NCBI GenBank assembly: GCA_964291975.1
Contig: CAXYUI010000001.1
Coordinates: 1 to 28,300 of the forward strand
Source of the DNA: an uncultured Formivibrio sp.
Lineage (GTDB): Bacteria > Pseudomonadota > Gammaproteobacteria > Burkholderiales > Chitinibacteraceae
Length of the DNA stretch: 28,300 nt
Reading direction: 5' to 3'
This document shows positions 28,101 to 28,300 of this stretch, piece after piece. Within the stretch, counting starts at the first letter, position 1, and every line of letters starts with the position of its first letter. The translations under genes were made by a program, and so were the position numbers. The notes beneath the pieces are model-generated. The model saw only the letters and a program-made list of their open reading frames with translations. It searched no databases and was not told where the DNA came from.

Positions 28101-28262
28101 TGCGCCCGGCAGGTTGGCCGAGACGCTGATGATGGGCATGTTGAAAGAAGGCAGCGCCGAAATCGGCAGCTTGAACCAGGCGAGCGCGCCGCCGATGACC
28201 ACGGCCAGCCACAAAAGCGTGGTGGCCACCGGACGGCGGATGCTGTGTTCGGAAAGATTCAC
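25170..28262 (-). CDS. RND efflux permease (AcrB/MdtB-C-like)
   Basis: GTG start with SD GGAGG; IRRPVATTLL; PGASPETMA; proton relay motifs VDDAIVVLEN, VKKNAI, RFRPIMMTT. Confidence 0.93.
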   Translation of the reverse strand: MNLSEHSIRRPVATTLLWLAVVIGGALAWFKLPISALPSFNMPIISVSANLPGASPETMAASVANVLEKQFSTIPGLSMMPSTSPRGSTSIPLEFDPKRAIEAAAVDVQAALFRAQRSLPSDMTNPPSYRKVNPADDPILMVGVSSPSMSMSELNDYSDNIISPTLSTLNGVAQVTIQGQKRFAVRVKIDAEKLAARDLSTTELAAVLKNANANTPVGTLEGGRQVLIIGANEQLKNAQAFSTLIVAMKNGQPVRLADVAEVYDSVENAKSFSAVNGEASIVLQVYRQSDANTVAVVDEIKRWLPRLQAQLPASIEIKQLNDRSASVREAIHDVTLTMLLTIVLVILVILLFLRRLSATLIPSVSLPVSLLGTFGLMLWLGYSLDNISLMGLTIAIGLVVDDAIVVLENIVRHIENGVKPFQAAVRGAREVAFTVISITVSLIAVFIPIFFMPGTMGLLFHEFAAVVTLAIAVSALAALTIIPMLAARFVRHHHDADEKVPAWSRAFEALLSRVLHGYSNSLAWTLHHRKVMLSIALATFGLTVWLYLIMPKSFFPEEDIGQVRASTQASQDIASPAMRELQTRAASAVRKNPNVQSVVAFNGSNNRGYMFITLKPRGERAAMAEVLASLRKNTADIPGFRVTYGAIQNLRLGGRSSASKYQYTLQSVDIDLLNQWAEQMMNRMRQSPQVFTDLNTDAERNGLQARLILDRDKAHSLGIDMQALREALNNAFGDRQVGTIYLTQDNYPVLMSFSDDFRRDENGLAQLRVRNKSGQLVPLSAFSRVERVRVNSSVNHQGQLPSVTLSFNMADGVPLSAAVEEMQRIKQELNMPPQVFGNFTGDAAVFLQSQNSQLWLILIAIAVIYVVLGVLYESWIHPITILAGIPSAAVGAFLSLKIMGLDISFIAMIGILLLVGIVKKNAIMMIDFALEAERRDGKAPHAAILEACQLRFRPIMMTTLAAIMGALPIALGLGAGAELRQPMGVAIVGGLIFSQMITLYITPTLYLGFDSLQRRWRRKHPDLHSDHAIH

Positions 28263-28274
28263 GCTGAATCCTCC

Positions 28275-28300
28275 TTAGCGGCTGGCCGCGCTGGCGCGCC
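28275..28300 (-). CDS. 3-prime end of an upstream gene, probably the RND periplasmic adaptor (truncated by the window)
   Basis: TAA at 28275-28277 directly before the RND SD, reading ...RASAASR*. Identity inferred from position only. Confidence 0.35.

Overview
Betaproteobacterial chromosome segment. The rne / rluC-HAD-Rieske-S49 gene order points to this group; a Neisseriales-like assignment is only an inference. From left to right: (1) a large secreted lipoprotein with a C-terminal pectinesterase (CE8-like) domain, followed by a terminator; (2) an orphan TRAP substrate-binding protein (DctP family) with no signal peptide; (3) divergent from it, an 11.6-kb, tightly coupled seven-gene signalling operon with four related histidine kinases (PAS; minimal sensor; bacteriohemerythrin; membrane multi-PAS/GAF) and three phosphorylatable receivers, whose only recognisable outputs are c-di-GMP hydrolase-type domains (an HD-GYP with one altered metal ligand, and an intact EAL beside a degenerate GGDEF); (4) a DHA2-type MFS transporter; (5) the housekeeping block rne / rluC-HAD-Rieske-sppA, extended here by an orphan motB/motD; (6) an SDR oxidoreductase and an RND permease. 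No RNA genes, CRISPR arrays or mobile elements were seen. The best candidate for a novel system is the hemerythrin-containing multikinase/c-di-GMP network with its divergent signal-less DctP. All family calls come from motif recognition by eye; no searches were run.
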